Assembly (NCBI RefSeq): GCF_006345805.1
Contig: NC_042998.1
Span: forward strand, 54,498,001-54,562,000
From: Octopus sinensis
Taxonomy: Eukaryota
DNA: 64,000 nt
Direction: 5' to 3'
Shown: piece by piece, positions 11,546 to 24,322 of the stretch
Layout: every line of letters starts with the position of its first letter
Position numbering within the stretch: the stretch's first letter is position 1
Made by a program: the position numbers and the translations under genes
The notes under the pieces: generated by a model
Told to the model about the DNA's origin: nothing
The model's database searches: none
Seen by the model: only the letters and a program-made list of their open reading frames with translations

Positions 11546-14500
11546 TATATATATATATATATATATATCATCACCATCATCAACGTTAAACGATGATGAT
11601 GATGATGATATATATATATATATATAATGTAACCATGTGGTTTCAAGTTCAGTCTGATAGCACAGCACATAAACTGTCTACTACAATAGCCCCTACACTG
11701 ATTCAAGTCTTATTAGTCGATTTGGTATGTGAAAATTGTAGTGGATAACACACGAATACACATATACATGCATATATGACAAGTATGTGTGTAATTGTGT
11801 CTGCTTGGACTAACAGTTCAAGCAAATTGTAATCTAATGCCATCATCATACAAATTGTATCATTCACTCATTTACAATCTTCCATAAAAATATGTCTGGC
11901 CATGTTAAAAAAAATAGAAGACAGCAGGAAATATTAGGATGCTTGGAAACAGATGATGGTTGGTAACAGACAGAAACAGGATCAAGCAGTAGATAATCTG
12001 CCTCAACAAATTTCATCTGAACCATGTAAGTATGGGGAAATGGATGTTAAAACATTGATGATGAAGGTATATCAAAGGCTAGCTGCAGAATGGCAGTCAA
12101 ACTGAATATGGTTCAAAATTTATACAATATAGTCACAGGCATGGCTATGTAATAAGAAGTTTGCTTCTGACCATATTTTAGCCATTTGAGTGGACTGGAG
12201 CAATGTGAAATAAAGTTTCACTGGGGATTGAACTCACAACCTAACAATCATGACCCGAATACACTAACCACACTGCTTCAACAGAGACTATGGAGAGAGA
12301 TATCCAACCATTTCATTCTTGGTCTACCTCAAGGTCTCCTGGTGGTTGGCTCAGCTTGAAGAATGCATTCTTACAATACTTACCAGCTACATTCTAATCC
12401 CATGTACATAATGCCAGAGCTGTGACCTCTCAATGCAGAAAAGTAAGCTACAATAGAAGACGATTGCCTAAGGTGTCACACAGTGGGATTGAACCTGGAA
12501 TCATGTGGTTAGGAAGCAAACTTCTTACCACACACACACACACACATGCAATATATATTATGTAAATCTAAATAGACATGGCTATGTGGTAAGATGTTTG
12601 CTTTCCTACTACGTGGTTCTAGGTTCAGTCTCACTATGTGGCACCTTGGGCAACTGTCTTCTGTGATAGCCTAGGGCCGACCAAAGTCTTGTGAGTTGAT
12701 TTGGTAGATGGAAAAGGAAAGAAGCCCATCACGTAATAATCTCTTTTACTCTTTTACTTGTTTCAGTCATTTGACTGTGGCCATGCTGGAGCAACGCCTT
12801 TAGTCAAGCGAATCGACCCCAGGACTTATTCTTCGTAAGCCTAGTACTTATTCTATCAGTCTCTTTTGCCAAGCCGCTAAGTTACGGGGACATAAACACA
12901 CCAGCATTGGTTGTCAGGTGATGTTGAGGGGGGACAAACATAGACACACATACACACATACATATATATATATACACACATATATACGACGAGCTTCTTT
13001 CAGTTTCCATCTACCAAATCCACTCACAAGGCTTTGGTTGGCCTGAGGCTATAGTAGAAGATACTTGCCCAAGGGGCCATGCAGTGGGACTGAACCAGGA
13101 ACCATGTTGTTGGTAAACAAGCTACTTACCACACAGCTATTCCTATGCCTACATATATATATATATATATATATCATCACCATCATCAACGTTAAACGAT
13201 GATGATGATGATGATATATATATATATATATATAATGTAACCATGTGGTTTCAAGTTCAGTCTGATAGCACAGCACATAAACTGTCTACTACAATAGCCC
13301 CTACACTGATTCAAGTCTTATTAGTGGATTTGGTATGTGAAAATTGTAGTGGATAACACACGAATACACATATACATGCATATATGACAAGTATGTGTGT
13401 AATTGTGTCTGCTTGGACTAACAGTTCAAGCAAATTGTAATCTAATGCCATCATCATACAAATTGTATCATTCACTCATTTACAATCTTCCATAAAAATA
13501 TGTCTGGCCATGTTAAAAAAAATAGAAGACAGCAGGAAATATTAGGATGCTTGGAAACAGATGATGGTTGGTAACAGACAGAAACAGGATCAAGCAGTAG
13601 ATAATCTGCCTCAACAAATTTCATCTGAACCATGTAAGTATGGGGAAATGGATGTTAAAACATTGATGATGAAGGTATATCAAAGGCTAGCTGCAGAATG
13701 GCAGTCAAACTGAATATGGTTCAAAATTTATACAATATAGTCACAGGCATGGCTATGTAATAAGAAGTTTGCTTCTGACCATATTTTAGCCATTTGAGTG
13801 GACTGGAGCAATGTGAAATAAAGTTTCACTGGGGATTGAACTCACAACCTAACAATCATGACCCGAATACACTAACCACACTGCTTCAACAGAGACTATG
13901 GAGAGAGATATCCAACCATTTCATTCTTGGTCTACCTCAAGGTCTCCTGGTGGTTGGCTCAGCTTGAAGAATGCATTCTTACAATACTTACCAGCTACAT
14001 TCTAATCCCATGTACATAATGCCAGAGCTGTGACCTCTCAATGCAGAAAAGTAAGCTACAATAGAAGACGATTGCCTAAGGTGTCACACAGTGGGATTGA
14101 ACCTGGAATCATGTGGTTAGGAAGCAAACTTCTTACCACACACACACACACACACACACACATGCAATATATATTATGTAAATCTAAATAGACATGGCTA
14201 TGTGGTAAGATGTTTGCTTTCCTATTACGTGGTTCTAGGTTCAGTCTCACTATGTGGCACCTTGGGCAACTGTCTTCTGTGATAGCCTAGGGCCGACCAA
14301 AGTCTTGTGAGTTGATTTGGTAGATGGAAAAGGAAAGAAGCCCATCACGTAATAATCTCTTTTACTCTTTTACTTGTTTCAGTCATTTGACTGTGGCCAT
14401 GCTGGAGCACGCCTTTAGTCAAGCGAATCGACCCCAGGACTTATTCTTCGTAAGCCTAGTACTTATTCTATCAGTCTCTTTTGCCAAGCCGCTAAGTTAC

Positions 14501-14767
14501 GGGGACATAAACACACCAGCATTGGTTGTCAGGTGATGTTGAGGGGGGACAAACATAGACACACATACACACATACATATATATATATACACACATATAT
14601 ACGACGAGCTTCTTTCAGTTTCCATCTACCAAATCCACTCACAAGGCTTTGGTTGGCCTGAGGCTATAGTAGAAGATACTTGCCCAAGGGGCCATGCAGT
14701 GGGACTGAACCAGGAACCATGTTGTTGGTAAACAAGCTACTTACCACACAGCTATTCCTATGCCTAC

Positions 14768-14790
<23 letters not shown>
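11546..14790. repeat. ~1.6-kb near-identical tandem duplication (unit 1 about 11546-13151, unit 2 about 13152-14790)
   Basis: Same order of unique sequence and SINEs with an offset of 1606-1615 bp; only a few differences seen (tcgattt/tggattt, cctactac/cctattac, gagcaacg/gagcacg, repeat lengths); junctions lie in (TA)n. Confidence 0.95.
12741..13150 (-). mobile_element. tRNA-derived SINE, family A (~410 bp, internal microsatellite); other copies about 14352-14765, 40866-41255, 54787-55226 and many fragments
   Basis: 5' head with A/B-box-like TGGCTGTGTGGTAAG...GGTTCAGTCCC, central GCCTTGTGAGTGGATTTGGTAGATGGAAACTGAAAGAAGC domain, and a 3' end ending in CAGTCAAATGACTGAAACAAGTAAAAG. Confidence 0.85.
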
Positions 14791-14803
<13 letters not shown>

Positions 14804-15626
14804 GTATATATACAAATATACATATATCTGTGTGTGTATCTTTGTGTCTGTGTTTGTTTCCCCCTCACTGCTTGACAACTGTGTGCTTATGTCTCCATAA
14901 CTTAGCAGCTCAGCAAAAGAGACAGATAGAATAAGTACTAGGTTCAATTTGCTCAACTAACCCTCACCCCCGCAAGGCAGTGCTCCAGCATGGCTGTAGT
15001 CAAATGACTACAATGAGTAGAGGAATAGAAGAATATATCTATCTATCAATGTATACAAAGCATTTTCTTTTATCACCTGTTGGGTAAGTGTTGTAAACTT
15101 GAAAAATATGAGTATTTGATATCAAAAAAGAACAATAATACATTTCATTTCCCTACTACAACAATGATAATAATAACAACAACAGCGATAAAGGAAACAC
15201 TAGTAATAACAGTAATCAGTAGGGAAGACTTAATGGATATGCACATCTCTCTCTCTCTCTCACTCTTTGTCTCTCTTTCTCTCTCTCCTGGTCTCTCTTT
15301 CTTCCCTTCCAGTCTTGCAGACTTACTGATTGCAATCTTTTAGTTCTTACAAACATAGAAAAAATGAGCATATCAGATATATGGAAAAACAATAAAAAAT
15401 ATTTCCTTCTCAGTATAGTAGTAGTGATAGTAGTAGAGGCAGTGATGGTGGTGGCAGTGGTGGTAACAGCAGTGTTGGTGGTGGTAGTAGTAGTAGAGAA
15501 GTGGTCATGGTGACAGCGGTAGCAAGAACAACAACAACACCAGCAGCAATAATTGTGGGATCAGTAATAGCAACTGGGCTCAGTGAAGAGGATTTAATGG
15601 GCACACGCGTGAGTGTGTGCATGCAT

Positions 15627-15657
<31 letters not shown>

Positions 15658-15889
15658 ACTTTTTTGTTTCTCTTCAGGTCTTGTAGACTTAACTGATCGA
15701 AATCTCTTATAGGCTGTACTGATAAGGCATAGATAAAGACATGAATTTATTATCTGCACACTTCTCGCAGGTTCATCGGCACCAGAATTGCTTGTGAAGT
15801 AATAGAAATTGGTTCCACTTTAGAGACATGGATGGACACTGGCAATTACCCAGAGTTTATCAACTCCAATTCTGTATTGCTTTGTGCAT

Positions 15890-16337
15890 GTGTGTGTGTA
15901 TATAAATATATATACACAAACATATATATACAAATATACATGCATATATATATATATATATACACATATATATATATACACATATATATATACACATATA
16001 TATACATGTATACATATATACATATGTATATATATATACATATATATACATACATATATGTGTACATATATATACATGCATATATATACATACATATATG
16101 TATACATATACATACATATATATACATACATATATGTATACATATATATATATACATACGTATATACATATATATATCATCATCATCATCATTTAGCGTC
16201 CGCTTTCCATGCTAGCATGGGTTGGACAGTTCAACTGAGGTCTGTGAAGCCAGAAGGCTGCATCAGGCCCAGTCTGATCTGGTAGTGTTTCTACGGCTGG
16301 ATGCTCTTCCTAACGCCAACCACTCCGTGAGTGTAGT

Positions 16338-16372
<35 letters not shown>

Positions 16373-16501
16373 CATATATATACATACATACATATATATA
16401 CATATATATATACATATATATATATACATATATATATAGACACACACATACACATATATATATATATACATATATATACAATATATAAGTACATATACAT
16501 A

Positions 16502-16533
<32 letters not shown>

Positions 16534-16810
16534 CACACACACACACATAAATATGAATATACATGCATGGAAGATGGACATTAAATAATGATGATGATGT
16601 TACATACAAGCATGCATATATATTTGTATATATACACACACATATATATATATATATACATGCATATATATATATACATATATATATACATCATCATCAT
16701 CATCATCATCGTTTATATATACATACATATACATACATACATATACACATATATACATACATACACACATACATATACACATACATATATATACATATCA
16801 TCCCCTTCGC
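15890..16810. repeat. Long compound (TA)/(TACA)/(ATC) microsatellite field with a SINE-B tail inside
   Basis: Directly visible; it produces the many YIYI/VCVC ORFs in the track. Confidence 0.95.
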
Positions 16811-18313
16811 ACTTACTTCGTTCTTCCCCTCTTCTTTCTTTCGTTCTCCCTCTCTCACATTTCCTGGCTTTCTCTTCATTCTTACCTTCCCTCCTCTTTC
16901 ACTTCACTGTCTCTTTTCTGTTTTTTTCTCATTCCTCCCTAATTCTTCTATCCCTCTGCCCCATGCCTGTCATCTCTTATGTCCCTGCTGTAAGGCTTCA
17001 CCTCCACACATGCCAGCTTAATTTAATTCGTCCTTAGTTGAAAGAAACCCCGTTGTTAATGTCCTGTTATTTACATTTGTATTTGTGTACCATTTCTGTT
17101 TTTTTTTTTTTCTGTCCTTATTTTCGTATACATTCACTGCTTTCTTCCAAAGAATCTAGTGCTCTTAGCTTAGTTTTCCCTTGGGGCTGGCCAGACTGGA
17201 GCAATCTCGAGTATAACCAGCCGAAATTGCAAAGATAATCTGGAACTCGACTGAGGAAAGAAAACTCCAAATTTGTTTTCTTGTCCTTGTTTTTTCTTCT
17301 CCCTTTTTTGTATCATCTGTCTGGATGTTTTGTGTTTTTGTCTTGTTTTTGTATTCCTTTTTATATATAGATAGACAGACAGACAGATAGATAGATAGAT
17401 ATAAATGCGTGTGGTGGGGATGTATGTATATTGTAAAATAGGGAAAGTTATAAATAAAAATACAGATGTAATTATATGGTAAAAAATTTACTTCCCAACC
17501 ACATGGTGCCAGGTTCAATCCCATTCAGTAGCACCTTCGGAAGGTGTCTTCTACTAAAGCCCTGGGTTAACCAAAGCCTTGAGAGTGGATTTCATCAGCA
17601 GAAACTGAAAGAAGCCCATTGTGTGTGTGTGTATACATACACACACATAGAAGTTCAAATTTATAGGAAACAAAAGGTGAGGGAACAACAAGCAGGTGTA
17701 TTAGTTTGACACTCGGGGAGAATGGAAAAGTATTTGACATTTCAAGCCGATGGCTTTTCAATGAAAAGGATTGAGAAGAGAAAAACAGAGAGAGAATTAA
17801 AATAAACAGAGAGAGAGAGAGAAAAAAAATGTGTATGGATAAACGGTTCAACATACATGCACATATTAGTGCTGGTGCCATGTGAAAAGTACCAGGACCA
17901 CTCTGTAAATTGGTTGGTTTTAGGAAGCTCATCCATGTACAAAAACCATGTCAAAACAGACAGTGAAGGCTAGGGTAGTCTCCTGTAAAACAGTCCACCC
18001 CATGCCAACATGAAAAATGGGGGTTAAATGATGATGATAATGATATATGTGTAACTGTGCACATACATATACCTATGAGTGTGTGTGTGTGTTTGTCCCT
18101 CACCACCAACATTCGATAACTGGTGTTGGTTTGCTAGCAGCATTGTATCTTAGCAGTTTGGCAAAAGAGATCGACAGAATGGGAGTACCGGACCTTAAAA
18201 ATTAAATACTGGGCTTGTTTTGTTTGACTAAAAATCCTTCAAGGCAGTGTCTCAGAATGGCTGTTGTCCACTGACTAAAAGATAAAAAGAAGCAACAGAA
18301 ATGTGGAACTTAC

Positions 18314-18413
18314 TCAGCTTTTTGCATCACAGCCTGCTGGTTCTCAGGGGTTGAAAATTCTGACTGGAACACAGGTACTTTATTGTCCAGCAAATATTCG
18401 TCCAGAGCATCTC
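18314..18413 (-). CDS. Internal coding exon (phase 1-2): (G)DALDEYLLDNKVPVFQSEFSTPENQQAVMQKA
   Basis: Acceptor ttttttattgtag|, donor |gtaagt, 100 nt open with protein-like composition. Confidence 0.8.
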
Positions 18414-19954
18414 CTACAATAAAAAAATGCATTCACTTTACAATTAAATGCTAATGTATAAAATGAACCAAATACAATTAGAAAAAAAACAAAATCCAAT
18501 CCCACACAAAATCAAAATCATCAATATCCCATTGTGACTTCATAGCAAAATCCATACCCAGACTGAAATTACATTCACACATCCATCGCAAATAGATGCA
18601 GCTTCTTAATGGGTTTTTTCCCCCTTTATTACTCTCTTTTAGTCCTCTCCTTCAAACACTCATATGTCAAAACTGATGGGAGTGACCATCATATATATAT
18701 ATATACACACATAAACACATACATGACTGGTTTCTTTCACTGTCCATCTACCAAATCTTTTTATTGTAAAACTAGAGCTATAGTAGAAGACACAAGCTCA
18801 AGATGCTGAACAGTGGGACTGAATCCAAGACCACATAGTTGGAAATAGAGCTTCTTAACCACACACCGAAGCCTGCACCTAAATCAGCATCAATTTTCAC
18901 AACAGCGCTTTGGGAATCAGTGCCATAGTAGTAATTAGGGTGGTAATCCAACAGAACCACCAAGGTGGAAAGAGTTAAGATGATTAGTTACAATTTGAGA
19001 GCAATTCGTCTGCTGTTCTTACAACCATGTAAAGGTTCCCTTGTTAGTTGATGCTTGTGGTGAAAGAGAGAAAAAGAAGGGTTATTGATTTAAAGAATGC
19101 CATTACGAATTTGATATACAAGCTGAAATAGACCATTAGCACCACAACCAGACAAGAGAACATTATGTAAAGATCCTGAAGTTGATAAAATAGAAAACTA
19201 AAATAAGAAAATGGTTTCAATATATGAAAATATAATTGGCATCAGCCAGTTGGTAAAATCTTAGTTCTTTAACAATATTTCAACAAGAAAGCAAATTCAT
19301 TAAGAATGATACATAGAAATTGAAGAATAATACTAGAAAAGATAGATGAGGATTTGTCCAAGATTTACACTAATAATAATGTTTAACTCATATACAGCAG
19401 ATTAAGGAGTGTTTTAAATACTTCAGAATAATAAAAAAAAAACTGCCTTGCCTGTGCTCGCTGACATAGCAGCCAATGGGCACAGACAAAGCTATGTTTC
19501 TTCCCAATCACATAATTCTAAGTTACATCCTATTGTGTGGGACCATGGGCAAGTGTCTTTTGTCATTTTACCACAGCCTTGAATTGACCAGTGACGTGTT
19601 AATAAAACTGTGGTAAGTGTAAATTGTGCAGAAACTATTGTATTTATTATTGTATTTCTATTTATGTAACTTTGTCCGTTTTTTCCGTTCTTGTTTTTGT
19701 ATACATTTGCTGCTTTCTTCCAAGGAATCTAATACTCTTAGCTTAGTTTTTGCTTGGGGCTGACCAGATTGGAGTAATCTCAAAAATAATCAGATGAAAT
19801 TGCGAGGATAATCTAAAGAAAACTTTGAATGACCCGTTCTTGTTTTCTTTGTATCGTCTATCTGAATGTTTTGTTGTCCCTTTCTTGTATCACCTAGCTG
19901 TCTGGATGTTTTGCATTCTTGTGCCATTTTGTATTTTATATATATATATATATA

Positions 19955-20477
19955 AAGAAGTTTAAGGACTGTATAAGGACTAACATGAAATCACTTGGAA
20001 TGGATCCAAAGGCCATAGAAACCCTTGCTTTGGGCCAAGCTGGGTGGTGAACAAAACGATGGAGTGGAGTGAAAGCTTTTAAAGAAACCAGGATAATCTA
20101 TGTGCAACTCAAAAGAAATCTAAAAAAATGCTACAACCAACAAGAAAATGAATCCCAACTACATTTTTGTGTGCACAACTTGTGATAGACGATACCTTTC
20201 TTTTGCTAGGCTAACATCTCATTTGTGGACCCATGAAATGTGAATTTCCACTGATTACTCTGGCTATCTATCTGTGCATATTTGTCAATGCCATGTATGT
20301 CATAAAAACTGCAAATCTATTGGAAGCCTCAAAACCCATTTTAAGATCCACATAGATCAGAACTTAACTGCAGCTCTTGGTGGTCTAAATCTGATATGCA
20401 ATTTATGTGGATGTCTTTTCAAAATATTGTCTGCTTTAAAAAGCTACATGAGATGCCATAACAGATTTAAGGTGTAA
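19955..20477 (+). mobile_element. RTE-clade LINE C-terminus ending in three C2H2-type zinc fingers (pseudogenised)
   Basis: KKFKDCIRTNMKSLGMDP...GW*...GVKAFKETR, then CTTC-x12-HLWTH, CHVC-x12-HFKIH and CNLC-x12-YMRCH; contains stops and a frameshift. Confidence 0.7.
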
Positions 20478-20549
20478 GTACAACAGGTGGTCAGACTCTG
20501 CATAAGAAATAGACAGCCACCATATGTATGTATGTGTATATATATATAT

Positions 20550-20644
<95 letters not shown>

Positions 20645-23342
20645 TTATATAAAATCCGTTCTGACTGTGTGTGTCTTCTAAGATCTCGAGCATCCTCCAT
20701 CTGGTTGCACTCAAATTTGATATGTAGATACTGACGGTATCAGGGTGTGTATAAGTCTTGAAAAAATTACAAAAATCAATTCCAGGTGAGAATGCGATCA
20801 ATAAAGCCATGGGAATGTGCATTTGTGCATCAGTCTAACTCTGTCTTTTGCTGGTGTCTTTGTGGTATAAAGTTGGCTTACCAAGCACATTGTTTCTTGG
20901 TACAGTCCCACTGTGTGACACCTTGGTCAAGTGTCTTGAACGAAAGCCCCTGGTAGACTAAAACCTTTTGTGTGTGTATTTTGTGAACAGGAACTGTAAA
21001 AAGCTAGTCATATATAGATACCCCACTTGCCATTCTTGCCTATAGAAATACAGAGAACTATTAATGGGTGTGTTGCAAACTGATAAACAATGACACTCTT
21101 ATTATAAATGCATGATTTAAAATAAATATAAGATAAGCAATTTGTTAGAGGTTTGCAGTTCAAGGAAAGAATTTATTTCAATTAAATGTTTATTATAAAG
21201 CTATGAAACACAATATGTTCCAGAGAAGCCAAATGAATAAATGTATCAGATAGTTCAGTCAAGCCTATCTGATACATCTATCTGTCCTCCTCCTCCTCTG
21301 CCACTCATAATGATTCACAACTCATCCTCTTTACAATGATCTAGCATTTACTTCTGATGCTAGCATTGATTGAACCACTTATGAAATTCTGTTTGGGAAG
21401 AAGGACACTGAAATATCCAATATACACTCTGTAAGTGAAATCTGGTAGACCCATTAAGAGTCCATGAGAGTTTTGTTATCCTGTTGATCAGATGGTTAAA
21501 TTTTATTGAATACGGCATAATTTGCAACTGAAAATAACTCAGTTGTCTACTAATATCACTTTATTCTTAGAATATAATTGATGGGCTGCATGCAAATATG
21601 AAAGTAGCTTTTACAATATAATGAGATATTCAGCTATAATTTGTAGCTGAGATTGTCGGAGTTAATTTGATAATTATGAATAGTTGAAATAAAGGAATTA
21701 AAAATGCAAATGCTGCTAATTTTGGGTTTATGTAATTCAAAATATCCAAGTATATGTCAACCTTATGAATTTAAATCTTTGAAGCACAGAAAGCAATCTA
21801 CAGTTGGCTATATTTTCTCTTTCTCTCCCTCACTTTCCAGGTGGGGAAGCCATGTATTCACCTCTTCAGCAAGACACCTGTTCCTCTCCCTCTATCATAG
21901 TTTCTTATTCTTCCAGTCTTTACCCCAGCTCAGTTGAGGGGTCTCATCTTGTGTGTACTTGGCAACCCCATTGGTACTGGTGCCACATAAACACCCAGTA
22001 TACTCTGTTAAGAGGTTGACAGTAGGAAAGGCATCCTAATGTAGAAACCATGGCAAAGCAGATGTTGAACCTGGTGGAATCCTCTGGCACATCTGTTCTT
22101 GTCATCCAATTCATGCCAAGCTAAAACAATGCAAAATGCATTGTGATCAGTGATGTATAAGAACATCAGATAAACTGATTGATCATGTGATATACTTTGA
22201 GTTCCACTGTTAAAAATGATTTACACACAAATACAAGCACCCCGTCGGTTATGATGAGGAGGGTTTCAGTTGATTTGATCAACAGAACAGACTGCTCATT
22301 AAATTAACATGAAAGTGGCTGAGCATTCCACAGACACATGTACCCTTAATGTAGCTTAATTCAGCATGACACAGAATGTGACAAGGCTGGCCCTTTGAAA
22401 TACAGGTACAACTCCTTTTTACCACCTGATTGTAGCATCATATTTTAGCATCATAGTATCATATTTTAGTATCCTAAGATATTCCAATAATGACTTTTGC
22501 AGTATTCTCATTTCTGTACTGACTTTATCTGCTACACAACTTATTATTAAATAGTTACATTCAAAAGAATTCTGGCACCAATACATAGTTGCAGTTGTTG
22601 TTTAGCACCCAGGTCAGTCAGTTCTACCAATGACCATGACACATTTATTTCATGTGAGTGTATAACCCATGCATGGATATTATGTGATGGGTTTAAATGA
22701 GCATCATCAACATACAAGTCTTCGGTAAAAAACATGCCTGGTTAAGGGGAAATATTGGTTTCAAATTTTGGCACAAAGCCAGCAGGTTTCGGAAAGGTGC
22801 TAAGTCAGTTAAAATCAACCGCACTTTTCAACTGGTACTTATTTTATAGAACCCGAAAGGATGAAAGGCAAAGTCAACCCCAGGGGAATTTGAACTCAGA
22901 AAGTAAAGACGGATGAAATGTCATGAAGCATTTTGCCTGGTGTGCTAACAATTCTGCCAGTTCACCACCAGAAGGAAATATTTCTCTAAGGAGAAATATT
23001 ATCTTGCTTGGAAGCAGGTGAAGGTTGGTGACAGGAAAGGTATCTGACTGAAGAAAATCTACCTCAACAAATTCTCTCTAACACATGCAACCATGAAGGA
23101 AAAATGAATGTTAAATGATAAAGGTGATCATTAATATTTCTGTCAATTTTTTTAATTTGCTTATTTCATAAGCATAGGTATAGGAACATGGATCATATAG
23201 CCGTAATCTGTGAATTTCTATCTTGCTGTAGCAGAAGCACAACCAACAGTAGAACGTATGAGAAGGAGTAACAACATCAATGATGATCTTGTAGCAATGG
23301 AATCAATTGCCTGTCCTCATTTATTTTAATCGCAATCGCAAT

Positions 23343-23735
23343 CATCATCATCATCATCATCGTTTAACGTCCGCCTTCCATGCTATCATGGGTTGGACAA
23401 TTTTGACTGAGGGCTGGCGAGCCAGATGGCTGCACCAGGCTCCAATCTTGATCTGGCAGAGTTTCTACAGTTGGATGCCCTTCCTAACGCCAACCACTCC
23501 GAGGGTGTAGTGGGTGCTTTTTACGTGCCACCGGCATGGGGGCCAGTCAGGCGGTACTGGCAATGACCAGTACACGTGCCAGTGAAGCAACGTTGGTAAT
23601 GAAAACACTCAAATGATGCCCTTGTATGTGCCACGGGTACAGAAGCCAGTTGGCTGCTCTGGCATTGATCACGCTCGGATGGTGGGGTACGGAAGCCAGT
23701 TGGCTGCTCTGGCAACGATCACGCTCAGATGGTGG
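23343..23735 (-). mobile_element. SINE-like family B with (ATG)n tail; other copies about 2800-3040, 6649-6740, 16177-16337, 30190-30420, 39400-39610, 49810-49960, 58140-58350, 58630-58820
   Basis: Recurrent GGTTGGCGTTAGGAAGGGCATCCA...CCAACCCATG.TAGCATGGAA.GCGGACGTTAAA(ATG)n body. Confidence 0.75.
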
Positions 23736-23808
23736 GGATATATATAAGTAAAAATGAACAAGTCCACATAAAACTCATACATGCCGTGCAATTAGCAGTT
23801 TTTAATTA

Positions 23809-24322
23809 CCGTAAATCCTCGAGTATAATCTGCAATTTTTTTCCTAAAATTTAAAGGTCAAAATCCCTAGTGCGTACTATATACGAGGTTAAAAATGAAA
23901 AATATTTTCTAAGCAATGTCTGAGTCTGTCTGGCAATGTTTATTCAGACGCATTTTGTGATGTCAGGCACGAAAGTACCTTAAGCTAAGCCTGAAAACAA
24001 TGAAGTCATAAAAGAATCATCCATAACTTGAAGTAAGCAACATTTATTAAAATAAAAGTATTCAGAACACAGAATAACATGTAACAAAAACAATTTGAAA
24101 ACATATTTACATTCCCATATAACAGTTAAGAACATCACCATTATTGTATTACGTATGCGCGGAAGTGTTTGTTCGACTAAGTGCTGCTGGCTTAATTATG
24201 CATGACTCAAGTTAGAGAAGGGGTGCGTATTATACACAAGGTTTAGGTTTTTCAGAGGTACAGCCCCCTAAAAATCCCCTGCATATTATACTCAAGGGCG
24301 GACTATACTCGAGGATTTACAG
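23809..24322. mobile_element. Non-autonomous Tc1/mariner-superfamily (pogo/Tigger-like) MITE, 514 bp
   Basis: TIRs CCGTAAATCCTCGAGTATAATCTGC and GCGGACTATACTCGAGGATTTACAG, with TA duplications at 23807-23808 and 24323-24324. Confidence 0.85.

Noticed and set aside
12300-12430. Minus-strand exon suggested by a perfect donor CTG|GTAAGT
   Set aside because: The region is a decayed RTE tail (QLWHYVHGIRM...) and lies within the tandem duplication.
15820-17037. Many 100-150 aa ORFs rich in Y/I/H/T/V/C (also near 6.3, 20.5, 31.6, 32.8, 46.1 and 50.9 kb)
   Set aside because: They are translations of (TA)n, (CA)n, (ATC)n and tetranucleotide microsatellites, which lack stops in some frames.
17040-17380. 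CTGAGGA-containing repeat (relative at about 19660-19930) as another hammerhead
   Set aside because: There is no GAAA with a pairing stem II or III downstream; left as an unclassified repeat.
20274-20477. C2H2 zinc-finger ORF as a host ZNF gene
   Set aside because: It is contiguous with RTE C-terminal sequence, has stops and a frameshift, and lacks TGEKP linkers.
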